Source: Tubulanus polymorphus (taxonomy: Eukaryota > Animalia > Nemertea). From it: 64,000 nucleotides of DNA. Every line of letters begins with the position of its first letter. Position 1 is the first letter of the stretch. Under the pieces are notes generated by a model. The model did no database searches. It was not told the DNA's origin and saw nothing but the letters and a program-made list of their open reading frames with translations. The DNA is taken from the NCBI RefSeq assembly GCF_964204645.1, contig NC_134026.1, forward strand, positions 30,228,150 through 30,292,149, read 5' to 3'. Positions 34,314-47,100 of the stretch are shown in pieces. The position numbers were made by a program, and so were the translations under genes.

Positions 34314-37300
34314 TTAAAACCGTCCCACTCGATCTGTTATCCATGAATATAGTTTATGAACACTGGTATAGAATCCATATTTACCACCTTTAGAGCAGCC
34401 CTCTCCCCAGCTGACCAGTCCTACCAGATACGACCGGCTGTTGTTTGATTTGACAGTGAGCGGTCCTCCGCTATCACCGTGACACGCATCACTAGCACCT
34501 TTTATACCGTAACCTGCGCAGAACATGTTTACAGTAACTATTTCACTAGTCGACAATCTGCAAATATTCTCATCAACTATCGGTATAGTTATAGACATCA
34601 ATCTCTCCGGTCTCTGAGGCGAGTTCTCTGTTAATCTACCCCAGCCTGTTACCGTACCTATCCGACCAACTTTCATCAACGACCGCCGGAAACCAATCTC
34701 TGAACCCAAACAGACGGGTCTGATGTAATCGGTGAACGTGACGCGACGCGTCAGCTTTATCAACGCTATATCGTTATCGTAATAGATATCGTTAAACGCC
34801 CCGTGGAGGTAGATTTGACGCGCTTTATAACTTACTTCTTGTAAGTCTGATTTTGCTCGCGAATATTTGCCTAGTTTAACGATTATGTACGGCGGACGCG
34901 CGGCTAAACCGTGAATTCGTCTTAACATGTGGAAGCAGTGGGCAGCAGTAACAACCCATCGGTCGGATATCAGAGCCCCGCTACAGAAATCTGTTTGTAA
35001 ACGACTATCAACCAGCATAGCTTGCCAGGGAGCTGAACCCATCGGGGCTTCCAGACCACCAACTACAAAACCACGTCGAACACTTGACTTCACAACCGGA
35101 AAACCACAAACTACAAAAATATGAATATTGATATAGAATGTATGGTGGCTGATTCGAGCCATATGAAAAATATCACACACGTAGCAATTATTTTTTACAA
35201 ACGTCTGAAAGTCTTTGTATCGCGCATTACCACAAAAAAACAACGAAAAATTGTCGGAATAAAACGAGTTTTTCTTGTTTTTTTTAACGATAATTATCGT
35301 TTTATCGCGCTATTTTCCGTTCTAATCTATCGCGCAATAAACCGAAAAACAAAAAAAAATGGTTTTGCCGTAAGTTCCGTTTTAGCGCGCAATAAAAGCG
35401 ACTTTAAGCCGTTTGTAATAGAAGTTGCCACGTGTGTGATTTTTTTCACATGGCCCGAATCAGCCACCATAGTAATGCAGTGACGTCACGCGTATTGTTC
35501 ACACGTCATAGTGGACGTCAACTGACAATGAACGGCGGCTTTTTACTTTAGTTTGCCGTCCAATGACGCGATGTGCGTGACGTCAGACGCATTGAGCTTT
35601 CACGCGTATCAACAATAAATTCACCGCGAGTCTCGTGTTGCGGATCCATTTTGAATAAATTAACTCTTACTTTCTGAAATGTCGGAATAGACGGTGATGG
35701 TAGCAGCGGCTTCGGCTTGACACGAGTACTGTTCACTGTTCACCACACATCTATAGATACCAGCGTCAGCTCGAGTCAGTCGACTCACTAGTAAATAATT
35801 GTTGATCAAAACTTTCTTTCTGTCGTTTTGTATTATTTGTGTATTATTATGATACCACGTGACGGTACTGGACGTTTTCTCAACCACGGAGCAACGTAAC
35901 ACGATCGACGACCTGGAACGCACTGCTGTATTGCGTGGAACCTCCTTGAAATCTAGTGGAAAATTTTTGAAATATATTTCGAAGATTTGTGAATTTAGGG
36001 ATGGTAATCGGAAAAAAAGTATAAAACCAGCAAATCGAAACATTTTATGAGCAGTTTATTCGTAACGAATACTTACGAATAGCACAGGATTTGGCAGTAT
36101 CAGACGTTAACCAGGCCTCAGTTGAATTACTGTAACCGTTTCTATTCGTCGCTACACACGCGTAAACTCCGTAATGTTCGGTCTCAATTCCACTTATATA
36201 TAATATACTTCGATCATAAATTTGAACTCCTGGAAGTTTTATTTCATCGCCGAGCTTTAATCCGAGAAAATACCTGAAAATAATCACAAATCACAAATAA
36301 GATTCTGTTACAGTGGTTTTTGAACAGGTGAAAATGACAACGAGTTCCAAGACAAATCTCTTTTCAGTATATCTTATGTTATAGCTTACCAGTTGATATC
36401 CACATCACCTTCGGCGTAACACTGGAAAACTATGTCACCTCCCAATTCACCAGTTTGATTCACAGGAAATACTTTAAACTCGATATTTTCACTAATATTA
36501 GTAGGTATATCACCGTAAGGGGGCGTTGTTTGCGTTATCGATGGTGTAGTGTCATGCGAAGCGTACTCTAAAAATAACAAGACCTAATTGAGGAAATAAT
36601 ACCTAAAACTAAACAAAAACTTACTGGGAACTGGATAGTTTACCTGTGTGACAATAGGTGGCAGTCGGATCGTGTTGAAGCATATCATCCGGACAGAGAT
36701 CTTTTGAGAAAGTGTAGCACATTCCGGTTTGGTATCCGATAGCAACGCATGGTGGATAACTTCTGCAATGTTCTATACACGATTTCATCGAAGAACCGCC
36801 GCCCAAATAAAGCTGTAATATTCCTAAATCGTTCTGAATGACACATCGTGTGTTTTGGAGACATCGTAACTGACCTGACCAATTTAAAGAGGGCCACCGT
36901 TTCATGTTTTGTTATGTTAGTGTGAATTGTTTGTGAGTTTTATAAATGTACATGTATAATATAATTACCGCTACAAGAGAAACCCGTAGAACATGGTCGA
37001 AATCGAATGTTGTACATTTGATCGACCGGGTTACAATTCACTGATGCGTCACATATCTTCACTTGACTCTGATAACCTTTATCACAGGTTTGAGAACACG
37101 CGGACCATTCACTCCATAAATCAGCATCAGAATCTAATAAAAACATTTTAGAAAATGATTTCACCTTGTAAGTAATCCATTAGTCTTGAAATCAGCTTTA
37201 ATCTATCTAAATAATCAAGGATTACAGTCAATATGCTTTGTAATGCTTAATGGTATCATCGTGCACAGCCAAACCATTAATATTTCTATTCTGGTAATGT

Positions 37301-37918
37301 ACGTATTGAAGGTGCCCTACCATCAGTTTTACAGGGTTGCTGAGAGCACCAGTCTTGATCTACATCCTCTCGGCATCTGACGTGATCGGTGACAACATCA
37401 ATAGAACAGATTGTTCGCACTCGGGTACGCTGTCCGTTTCCGCAGCTAACTGAACATTGAGACCACGGTGACCAGTGTGCCTCTTATATAAACACAGAAA
37501 CCATGACAGTTTTTCTCTGACGAATTTCATGAAGTTAAATTTCATTCTTTAGTTATGATCAATAGACATTTAAACCTTATCACATTTTATCTAGCTCAGA
37601 CCAGGATCCGGTTCTAATTCTCAGCATATAAGAATACAGATGAATAGTGAAATACCTGAAGTCTCAATTCGTCTGATTTCGTGGTCATTTATTTCATTGA
37701 TTTCCCTTGATTCACTAGAGCGATAAGCATTTTGATATTAGCATATTTGAGATTGAAGACAGTATGAATGGAAATCTTTAGGATGATGTCTTGATATCAA
37801 AGTGAAGAATATTTTTGACTTACTCTGTTAACAGATCATCGCTAAGATTCGTTTTCGCGTCATTAATCGAGAAAATACTCGACAAACATAAAGTAATCCA
37901 GAAATATTTCACATTCAT
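34314..37918 (-). CDS. Secreted modular trypsin-family serine protease: signal peptide - TSP1 - TSP1 - PAN/Apple-like - Ig - Ig - S1 protease
   Basis: Exon 37918-37824 MNVKYFWITLCLSSIFSINDA (signal peptide), then 37714-37656. Exon 37482-37321 WSPWSQCSVSCGNGQRTRVR; WSEWSACSQTCDKG (~36970-37134); SCIEHCRSYPPCVAIGY (~36645-36875); Ig motifs YGVYACVATN and DAGIYRCVV. Protease exon 35110-34314 has TAAHC, DNDIAL, DACHGDSGGP (intact triad, S1 Asp). Confidence 0.9.
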
Positions 37919-38703
37919 CGCCACAAACTGCACATTATCCTGATGAGTTAAACTAATGACACAAACAGATATAAAAGAAGTTTCTATTCGCGCTTTATAT
38001 CCGTGCTGTTAATGTAGGCTACGTGGGTTAAAGATCAGTTTTCAAGTTGCGGATCTTTGAGACAGAAATCAGATCAAGTTTAAACATAAAACACACCGAT
38101 AACACATTAAAAGGTTATTTACCATTTCTTTGTTTCATTTTTATAGAGATATGTGGCCAAATTTGATAAATCCACGACAATAGATTTCAGCGACCACAGT
38201 TGTTGGAATATTCAATGAGTTATTTGGATTGGAAAACTTTTAAAGCAAAAGAATTGTCATCATAGATGTGTCATTAAACATTCCACAGTTTGACTCTCAA
38301 ATAAATTGCTTTCATTTCAAATGTTTACCTACATAATCCAAGAAATATAATATATCATAATTGATTATGTATTCTATGAACTAATGAGCAAGGTTTGAGC
38401 TGTTTGGGGCTAATAACAACTGGAATCAATCGACCATTAACTACTAGTACTGTACTGGTGCCTGTCGTGTCAATGTTGTCATATCTACGTCACAAATGGG
38501 TCAATGCATGTCATTGTGTAAATTTACTTGAATTATTTATCGCCAATGGCCGCCAACTATAGACTGTTATAGACAATCTACGACTTGGAAACAACAGTAC
38601 GTACACTAAACACTATACATCTAATCAACATGGAATCTCAAGAAAATGTGAAATCTCTGTTTTAAATCAACTGGATATTTGAAAGGACATTAAAAACCTC
38701 GGA

Positions 38704-39723
38704 ATGTTACGTACAAGATATCTATTCCTGGTCATTGTTTGCTGTATGGCTGTGATAAGTAAGGCTGTTAATAATGGCCTTGGAATAGCCAGTATTACTA
38801 AACTACCAAAAGGTAAGTTATTCAAAAGGTGAATAGTTTTTGGAATCTAATATCGCCACTCGGAGTTGAATTGGTTGAAAGTTGGATTTGAAAGCTATTG
38901 GTTGATATTTGAGATGTTTATATAAACAGGGACAGGCTGTACAGATGGAAGCGGGACGTCTTACACACATCAGGAAACCTGGTCGACCAGTCCCGGAAGT
39001 TGTGATCGTAACGATTGCTATCACGATATTCTGAACATTGATAAATACATCGTAAAATATAGGTATAGACCAACGAACCTAAAGAATATTCCCGGAATGA
39101 ATGAAATATAATCAGAAATCTGTCAATGATGTTTTCAAATATATTTCTAGATGCCGTGCACTGGATGTATTAGAGAATCCAGATCCGGTGAATTGTCGAA
39201 TGACCGCAGCGACTGATAGTACAGTTCATGTATTCCCGACTTGTTGTCCAGTTCTCGTCTGTGATTCTCGTCCCGTTGAACCAACCGTTACTTTACCTGG
39301 TAGGTTTTCTTATGCATAAACGTTTCGTTTTGTTCTAAATGAGTGAAGGAAATTGTAGGCATTTGGTGTTTATCTAAGAAACGCTAAGAAGTGGTTTTTA
39401 CAGAGTTTTTCAAATACGGTTTATTGTTTGGGGCAGATTGGAAGGGTTTGGAGCCTTATGAATAGATTATGAGTTGTACATGTGTATCATCAATTGTTAT
39501 TGTTTGCAGCTTGTCGCGATTCAGGAGTGACATCAGCGTGTGTCATATGGAAACAACTAGGAGGCTGTGTAGCTACTCACCATCTTCATCAGTATACATC
39601 TCAATACTGTAATAAGACATGCGGGTACGTGTAAATAAACTCACACGTTCATTATTAGAGTATGAAATAGTTCTTCATTTAACCGAAATATTGTGATGTT
39701 CATCTTTCAGGTTTTGTACATAA
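38704..39723 (+). CDS. Secreted cysteine-rich protein, about 172 aa: signal peptide + single VWC (SVWC/La1-like) domain + ShKT domain
   Basis: Exons 38704-38812, 38930-39062, 39151-39299, 39510-39624 and 39711-39723 all join in frame with GT-AG. Eight-Cys pattern C..W....C-x4-C...C...C...FPTCCP..C, then CRD...CVIWKQLGGC...YCNKTCGFCT*. Confidence 0.85.
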
Positions 39724-41087
39724 ATGGAAGCAATATGAAGCATATGAATTGAGACGAAGGAACAAACAAACCCAAATCCACCCGAGAAAATTCAGACAAT
39801 GCGTTCATACAGTGATTTCTACGCGTGTATTTGATAAATGAATAACAAAACAGAAACCTTTGTAGAATAGTTTTAAGTGTTTAGATGAATATAATAAAAT
39901 GTATATAATGTACATATTTGATGATTAACTTCATAAGTATACATGAATAATTGCCTTTAGTAGGCTGGTCCTACATTTTGAGTTTAAAGGCTAGATTTCT
40001 GGAAATAAAATTCTTATCAAGTTAACTTTGTTTGAATTCTAAATTGATTTAAGTGAAAACGAGGAGTTAAACAACCGAGCTACGAACTAAACAAATACTG
40101 GACTCCGCGTCGCAGGAAGTGATGCCGGCGTCACATGTACATGTTTAGATCAATAATCGGCAAATAATAAACCATGGAAACGACCATTCGAGGAGATTCA
40201 ACCACATTGAAATAAATGCTGTACTTATGACTTTTCTTCATCGATCTCAACTTGTTTAATAGTAAGTATGATAGATGAATGAAGCTTTCATTCGACAACA
40301 TTAATTGGATTAAAAATGAATAGTGATGATCAGTGAAGCGGAACTTCTGTGTATCGCATTACGACATCATTCAATCCTAAATACTCGACGATCAGTCACG
40401 ATTTTCTCAATCAATCGAATAAAGGCGATATTTTTCATCCAATTTTTGTAATAATTTAAAAGATTACCATGGTGGATCGAGCGACACTTGAGAACAGATA
40501 ATATTGACCCCTTTTTATATCCTGGATTCAGTTCCACGCTTATGAGTTATAGTGTAAAATTCCGAAATAAAATCAGTTCCTTTTCAATGTTTTAATTTAA
40601 GACTTAGTTTATGAACTTAGTTAATGTACTTAGAGCAGATTCAGAACTATCACCAACATTTTCCATAGTGTCATTACGTACTAATTAATTACCTTCACCT
40701 CAAAATGACCTTATTCGTTTTAACTCATGACAATAGAACAATTACTAAAATGTTCAATTTAAACTATCAAGAGAATTCAAGTAATTAACAAATCTATCAA
40801 TCAACAACTTATCTCTCAGGATACGGTCACCCCGAGTGCGTAAATGGCAACATGGTCACGTGACAGCGCTTTTAATGAGCAAACTAGGAGAATACGGCGG
40901 GTCACGTGATGCAGCGTATCAGTGACGCGCGACTGTTCTGTGTAACTGCGTTAGAACTGAAGAAGTGAGATCGGCACTTGATAGGTCTTAGAAAAGTTGG
41001 AGAAGACACTTGAAAATATAAAAGATGATCTCAACACGTAACAGTTTCATCGGATGAAGATAGCGGAACTTGCGAAACCTCGAGACA

Positions 41088-43500
41088 ATGATAACAACAA
41101 CTACATCATCTCCAGTTCCCGAGGAACCGATTGGTGACTCCCCCTGGGTGACATTCGGAAAAGCAATATTTCTGATACCGCTTAACATACTAATCATCTG
41201 CGGGAATATATTGGTTATTGTGGCCATATTAAAATTCAAGCGTTTACGGCAACGAATATCGAATTATTTCATCTTATCCCTCGGTGTAGCGGACCTGCTA
41301 GTCGGAATAATCGTCGTACCATTTGCGGCCACATATTCTCTGTTAGGATACTGGCCTTTCGGTTCAATTTTCTGTAATATCCACGCTTCATTTGACGTTA
41401 GTTTATGTACGAGTAGTATATTGAATTTATGCGCGATTTCTCTCGACAGATATCTAGCGATTCGGTCACCGTTATTGTATCATTCTCGGATGACGGGATG
41501 TCGGGCGATCGCGATGATCGCTGTAACTTGGAGCGCCGGATTCATGTTCTTCATCCCTATAAACATCGGTGCCTACAAAGCGCAAGGTTTCGAATGGCTT
41601 TACGAAGAACCGACGATTTGTCAGTTGGTAATGAACACTACGTTCGCCCTGGTCGCCGTCACATTGTCGTTTTATATACCGTTATTAGTGATCATTTTTA
41701 CGTACAGTTACATTTTCAAAATCGCCCATTCGCAGGCCGTAAAAATAGCGGATATGGAACAGACTGGCGCCAATCTGAATCTGGAGGATTCTCAGTCTAC
41801 AAGAGGAGGAATTACGAAACAAAAGAGACGCTTAAAATCCGAACGTAAAGCTATTAAAGCCGTCGGTCTTGTTGTGGGAATATTTCTGTTATGTTGGTTA
41901 CCTTTCTTCATCGTCTATCCAACTGATGCTCTGTGTAGATGTGTCGTAGAGATGGTTTATAATGTAGTCATGTGGATCGCTTTGATGAACTCGGCTATAA
42001 ATCCATTCATTTACGCGTTCAACGATGACTTCAGGTGAGTTTGAAAAGTTGAAATTTAGTCAGGAACCGGTTCCACAGTTCTGAGTTGGTTTTTACTTTC
42101 GAAAGTCGAAAATAAACTTATCTAAATCTAGAGTTAAATTCAACTAAGAAATTTGGAACTAACCGAAGTAAGATACAGTTTTCATATACAATATGATATA
42201 AATACAAAAAAAGCTTGAAACCGACAGCCGAATAACTGTGGAGCTTGCACCAGGAGCCAGTTGCGGTTTATTCTTTAACTGATGAAGATTTCTCCTAATG
42301 AAAATCCATCGTAACAACTGATTGAATATTCTTGGCTTATCACTGAATAACAGTCTTACCCTCAGCATATCATCGGCTAATTGATAAATCATAGGTAATC
42401 CCCTTTGTCGCGTGATCGAGTTTTACCCGACGTTAATTCGGATTTGGAAATTGCCTTTTTGCAATCGAAAGAAATTGAGTGACGATATTCGATGACATAT
42501 AATGAGTTCAACTTTGAAGAGAAAGTAAGTAGAGATTGCTCGTTTTTCCGACGACTTTTCGATGGATTTTAAAATTTCGATTTTGAATCGTTTACAGAAG
42601 AAAAAGATTCGTGACTTTGTAAAGAGACAGTCACACCGTATTTCACTGTTTAGCGTGGTAAAAAAAGAAAGCAAAAAGCAATAGATTTATAACGATTTTA
42701 ACATTGGATTTACTTCGAATCCTCTGCTTCGTCTATTCGGCCGTGAACCTGGTTCACTTTGTCATTCACTTTTACTTCAAATAATCGAAACGAGTTTTTA
42801 TCATAGTTAAGTTTTGTCGCTCGTTAAAGGATCTCAGATGATGTTTCAAACTGCTCATTAGTGACTAATTAACGCGTGCATCAATATACCGTACAAAAAC
42901 ACTGTATAATCAACTCTTTAATGAAACTAATATATTCTTACATCGGTTATTTATCACCAGCATCGAGAAACAGGAGAATAAAAAGCCGCCAGCTCAAATG
43001 TATTCCTTTTTTTTCTGACATCTCCTAGAATTAAGACATGGTCTCTGAAACCCGTTTTGGAGAGCTCGATTGTAGAACTACGTGCTGACCCGCACATTCA
43101 CCCCTTCACCGGACGTCGTAACTGAGCTGTTTGAATACCAACTAGATCACAGTTTATATCCCCCATTATCCGCCAGAATACGGATAAAGGATGATCACAA
43201 TGATTGCTAACTTCTTCCTGTTAAGATCCTGTGAACTTATCAACTCATAATGAGAAGAAACCCATTTTTTGAAATACGATTATTGTATAAATTGAAACCA
43301 TTTTCATCTGAAGCTACAACCCATAAAGCGATCGACTTTTTTAAATATTTTTCAGGTATGCTTTCCTCACGTTGTTATGCTGTAATAAAAAACGCTGGTT
43401 GACAGGAAGTTCAGATGCGCCACCGAGTCAGATTCCTTCTGGACCATCTACGATTAATGATAAACCAATATTTACAGTTTCACACGGAAATAATCGGTGA
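41088..43500 (+). CDS. Class A aminergic GPCR (D1-dopamine / beta-octopamine / beta-adrenergic-like)
   Basis: Exons 41088-42034 and 43356-43500. GNILV, SLGVADLLVG, TM3 FDVSLCTSSILNLCAISLDRY, FYIP, CWLPFF, NSAINPFIY, helix 8 FRYAF..LLCC; short third intracellular loop. Confidence 0.92.
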
Positions 43501-44177
43501 AGACCATCCTCCGGGTTTATCTTTTATTTGATGTCTTGTCGCACGTGAATTAAGTCACGTTAAATACCATATATGATAAAAGACTATGTAACATATTTGA
43601 TGTTGATTGAATGGTGTTTTGTATTTCGATAGTCTACCGAATAGACAAATACTGAAAACAATAATAACGACTGTAAGATTGTTTCTGTTTTTCATTGAAT
43701 TTTATTCTAGATTTTAAGTAATATTTACTGTACATATATTTAATTATTTACAAAATCATTAAATAAAAGCTGTTCTCGTGTATATATTACTGAATAATCG
43801 ACGATATTGTATCTATTTTTCAGATTAATCTGTGTTTAAAATGTATATGATTTGTATATTGCTTCCGACATTAGAGACATATTTGCACACGATGCGATCA
43901 ATTGACCTAAAACTGAGGTAGATCAGGGTCTCCTCCCTCTCCTCGTATATATCGCAAAAATCTTAAAAAGCAGAAAGTATGATGAACCTCTGTCAAATGT
44001 GAAATGAAAATTACTTCATACGTTTACTAAAAATTTCGGTCCGAACAAAAACCGAGGCTTTAGTTCGCGTTATTGTTTTGTTCGAAGACGCAGAAATGCG
44101 TCTGGACATGACCTATTGACCTATTAACGTGTCACCTATTAAGTTTGAAAAAGAAGAAACCATAGTTCAATTTCTGT

Positions 44178-47100
44178 TCAACTCATAGAGTACGGTTGAT
44201 AGAAGTTATGCGGTGTTGGTTGTGGTATATAAGTCGGTTTCGGTTGAGTTTGTAGAATGCGCAGTATATTACAAGCGGCCATGCTTTCGGCGTTCTGTTT
44301 TCGAGATTCCGCTTCCCGAAACTTGTCACGTTTATATTTCGTGCGTCGATTTTGAAACCAAACTTTAACCTGGAATTAAACACGAAGAGAAAAAGATGAA
44401 GAATTAATGAAACGATCAGCGTTCTCGTGGATGATTAAGTAAAGATAGTAACATATTCCCGAATCAGCCACCATAACTATGGCATTGATTACCACTTGAA
44501 TTCTTAAGTAGACACTTTTTAATTACGGAAAACTTGTTTCTCCGCGGATCAAACTGATTCTAATAATAGATAGAAATCATTACGACATCAAAATATTTCT
44601 ATATCCACATTAACCACGAATGGTGATTGTATTTGTATTCTCTCTATCAATGCAATCAATTGTTCTGAAGTAAAACGCGTCGCAGGGATTTACTGCGTGT
44701 TACGCGTGAACGGTTTTCATGTACCAGTTAGATGGAAGTAAATTGCGCCCCCTGGTGGGAATTGGACATGATCTAAAACGGTGAGCAATAATAAACTCAC
44801 ACCTTGAATCGTGGAAAGAATTCTAGTCGATGCGACGGACTGTGGTTTGATAACCCAACTGTGTTGATTGGCAGTCCCTCTTTAAACAGACAATACGGGT
44901 TTAATCGTCAATAGCGCATCGTGTACCTCCTGGTTATAACTTTTTAATTTCCCTTTTTGTGCGATTTAAGGACTAGATAACACAACGAACGGGTTCAACC
45001 GGTGCAGATTTTCGGGTACACAATCAGATCAGCTTAGTTCGGGTATTCAGTACAAATTACTGTCAATAAAGGATATTGAATACTGTACATGTTCAATAGT
45101 CCATAAAATGTACATCTTAAGAGCACTTGATTATAGATATATACGATGATTATATAAAACACGTGATGAGTAGAATAAAAATGAATATCAATGAAGTTCA
45201 ACTAGAAACACGTGCTGTTTATTTTCTCTTTTCTATCGTGAAATAATAGAAAACAAAACCGTTTTTATTTTGTCACTTTGGAAAAAATGTCATGCAACCA
45301 AATTCTGAGAAAGTCAACCATTCTAAATCCGTGACGTGTTGTAACGGTAATATAAGATCCCACACGTATATAGGAAGAAAAAGAAGTCTGAATATGTTTC
45401 CTTGAGCAGTAGTTCATTCAACGTTCCGACGTTCTTCAGGAATACTAATGACAAAATTCAGAGATATATGAATATATCTGTCTGCATCGATATTCCTGAA
45501 GATGACTAATATGATATTAGTCGAAATGTTGTACAAAAATTCATTCACTGAAGGCGGAAACCTTTTCGCATTCATTTTTTCATGAATGTGGGATTTCATA
45601 TTTTCTGAGTCAGTTTTCTTCAGCCGGCGTGCAGAGTTTGTCGTCGGGCCACGCTATTCGACTCTCACCTGTGTTTCTGATAAAGCCAGTCTCTGAGCTA
45701 AATCAGTTCGCTCCCGTCCGACCAGATATTGGTTACGTTGAAATTCGTGTTCTAAGTAGTAAAGTTGTTCGGCAGAGAAAGTGGTTCGAGCCCGTTTAGG
45801 TCTGTCTAAATCTAACGCTTTCGGGAATACTAGTTCTTTCACGGTTCCATTCGCATCTGCAATTACAAATAATCGTAGGATCATTGAATAAAACTAACGA
45901 GAAGTACATTTTCCCACTACGAAAATTCAAACAACGTTTTATTCAAGGACACAATTAAACCACTGAAATAGATTCATCATAAAGTGATGTAACAGAAATT
46001 ACGAGTTAAAACTGTTTTGTTAAATCATGGACTCTAAAAACGAGGAGTTCAGTTTGACAAGGATTTAACGCGGGTTGAACTTTGTGTGTGTCCAACACGA
46101 AGTACAATAAATAGTTTTATTGTAATTACACAATTTTAAGATGAAACCCTCATTCGCGGTGGTCATTATAAGTAGCACTTTGGAGCCTAATTGCGCGTGA
46201 AGATGAGAAACCCATAGCCTCCAAACCCTCAGATAGTGACACGTATCTATATATACCCCGTTTAGCGGTCATCTTTTAGTGTCATTTGTCTACAATAAAT
46301 TTTATGTGGTTTAAATCTAAGGCATCTTAACTCCGATAGTTTCCATTCCAAATATGACCATTTGAAATTGCTAACTTCATTGTTTTACTGTTAATTCGTA
46401 AAATAATCATTTTCTATATTCGATATTTCTGAATAAATATCTATGTGGTTGGTTTCGGGTTATTCATTCCAAAATGAACATATGGCAAGATTTGAAAAGG
46501 TAAAATTGTTGAATACAGTAACGCAAAAAATCGTTCATTGAAATGCCCTTCGGCTTCAGCCGTGGGCATCACTTTAGGCTAAACTTCACCAGGAATTGTC
46601 AAACAACATAACATTTTTTTTCTATCAAGTTTTTAAGTCACGAAGTTTCGACTGCTTTCAAAAGGAAAATATTTGTTTTCTGGCCATCTTGCTCGTAACT
46701 GTCAAGATAAATATTTCAAACTCGAATTTCACCATCACAAGCAAGTTAGTTTCTTTTCACAGAAAATTCTCCGCGTTAAAAATATTTCATGAAAATATAA
46801 GAACAGATGCCGCGATTAATAGAAATATTAACCGCATTAAGAAAAATTGTCATCTTGACGCCCGGGACAATGACGAAAATTAATCCAAGTGACAAAATAT
46901 CACTTTTTGGGATCAGATATCAAATAATTTTTGGCGACATATGTTTTATTTCACACTTGATTTTACGCTTCAAAAAGGCGGTTTCTCTCTGAAAGCATTT
47001 GATTTATCGCGTTTAGTATCGCGGTAAAAGCCGTATCAGATTTCATAATTATATTATGTCAAAATTCAATATTCCCTCCGCCACTGATCTGACAAAAAAC

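Noticed and set aside
35111-35243. N-terminal part of the 309-aa protease ORF (MFFCGNARY...)
   Set aside because: Intronic read-through; the real exon starts at the acceptor at 35110 and joins the Ig exon in frame.
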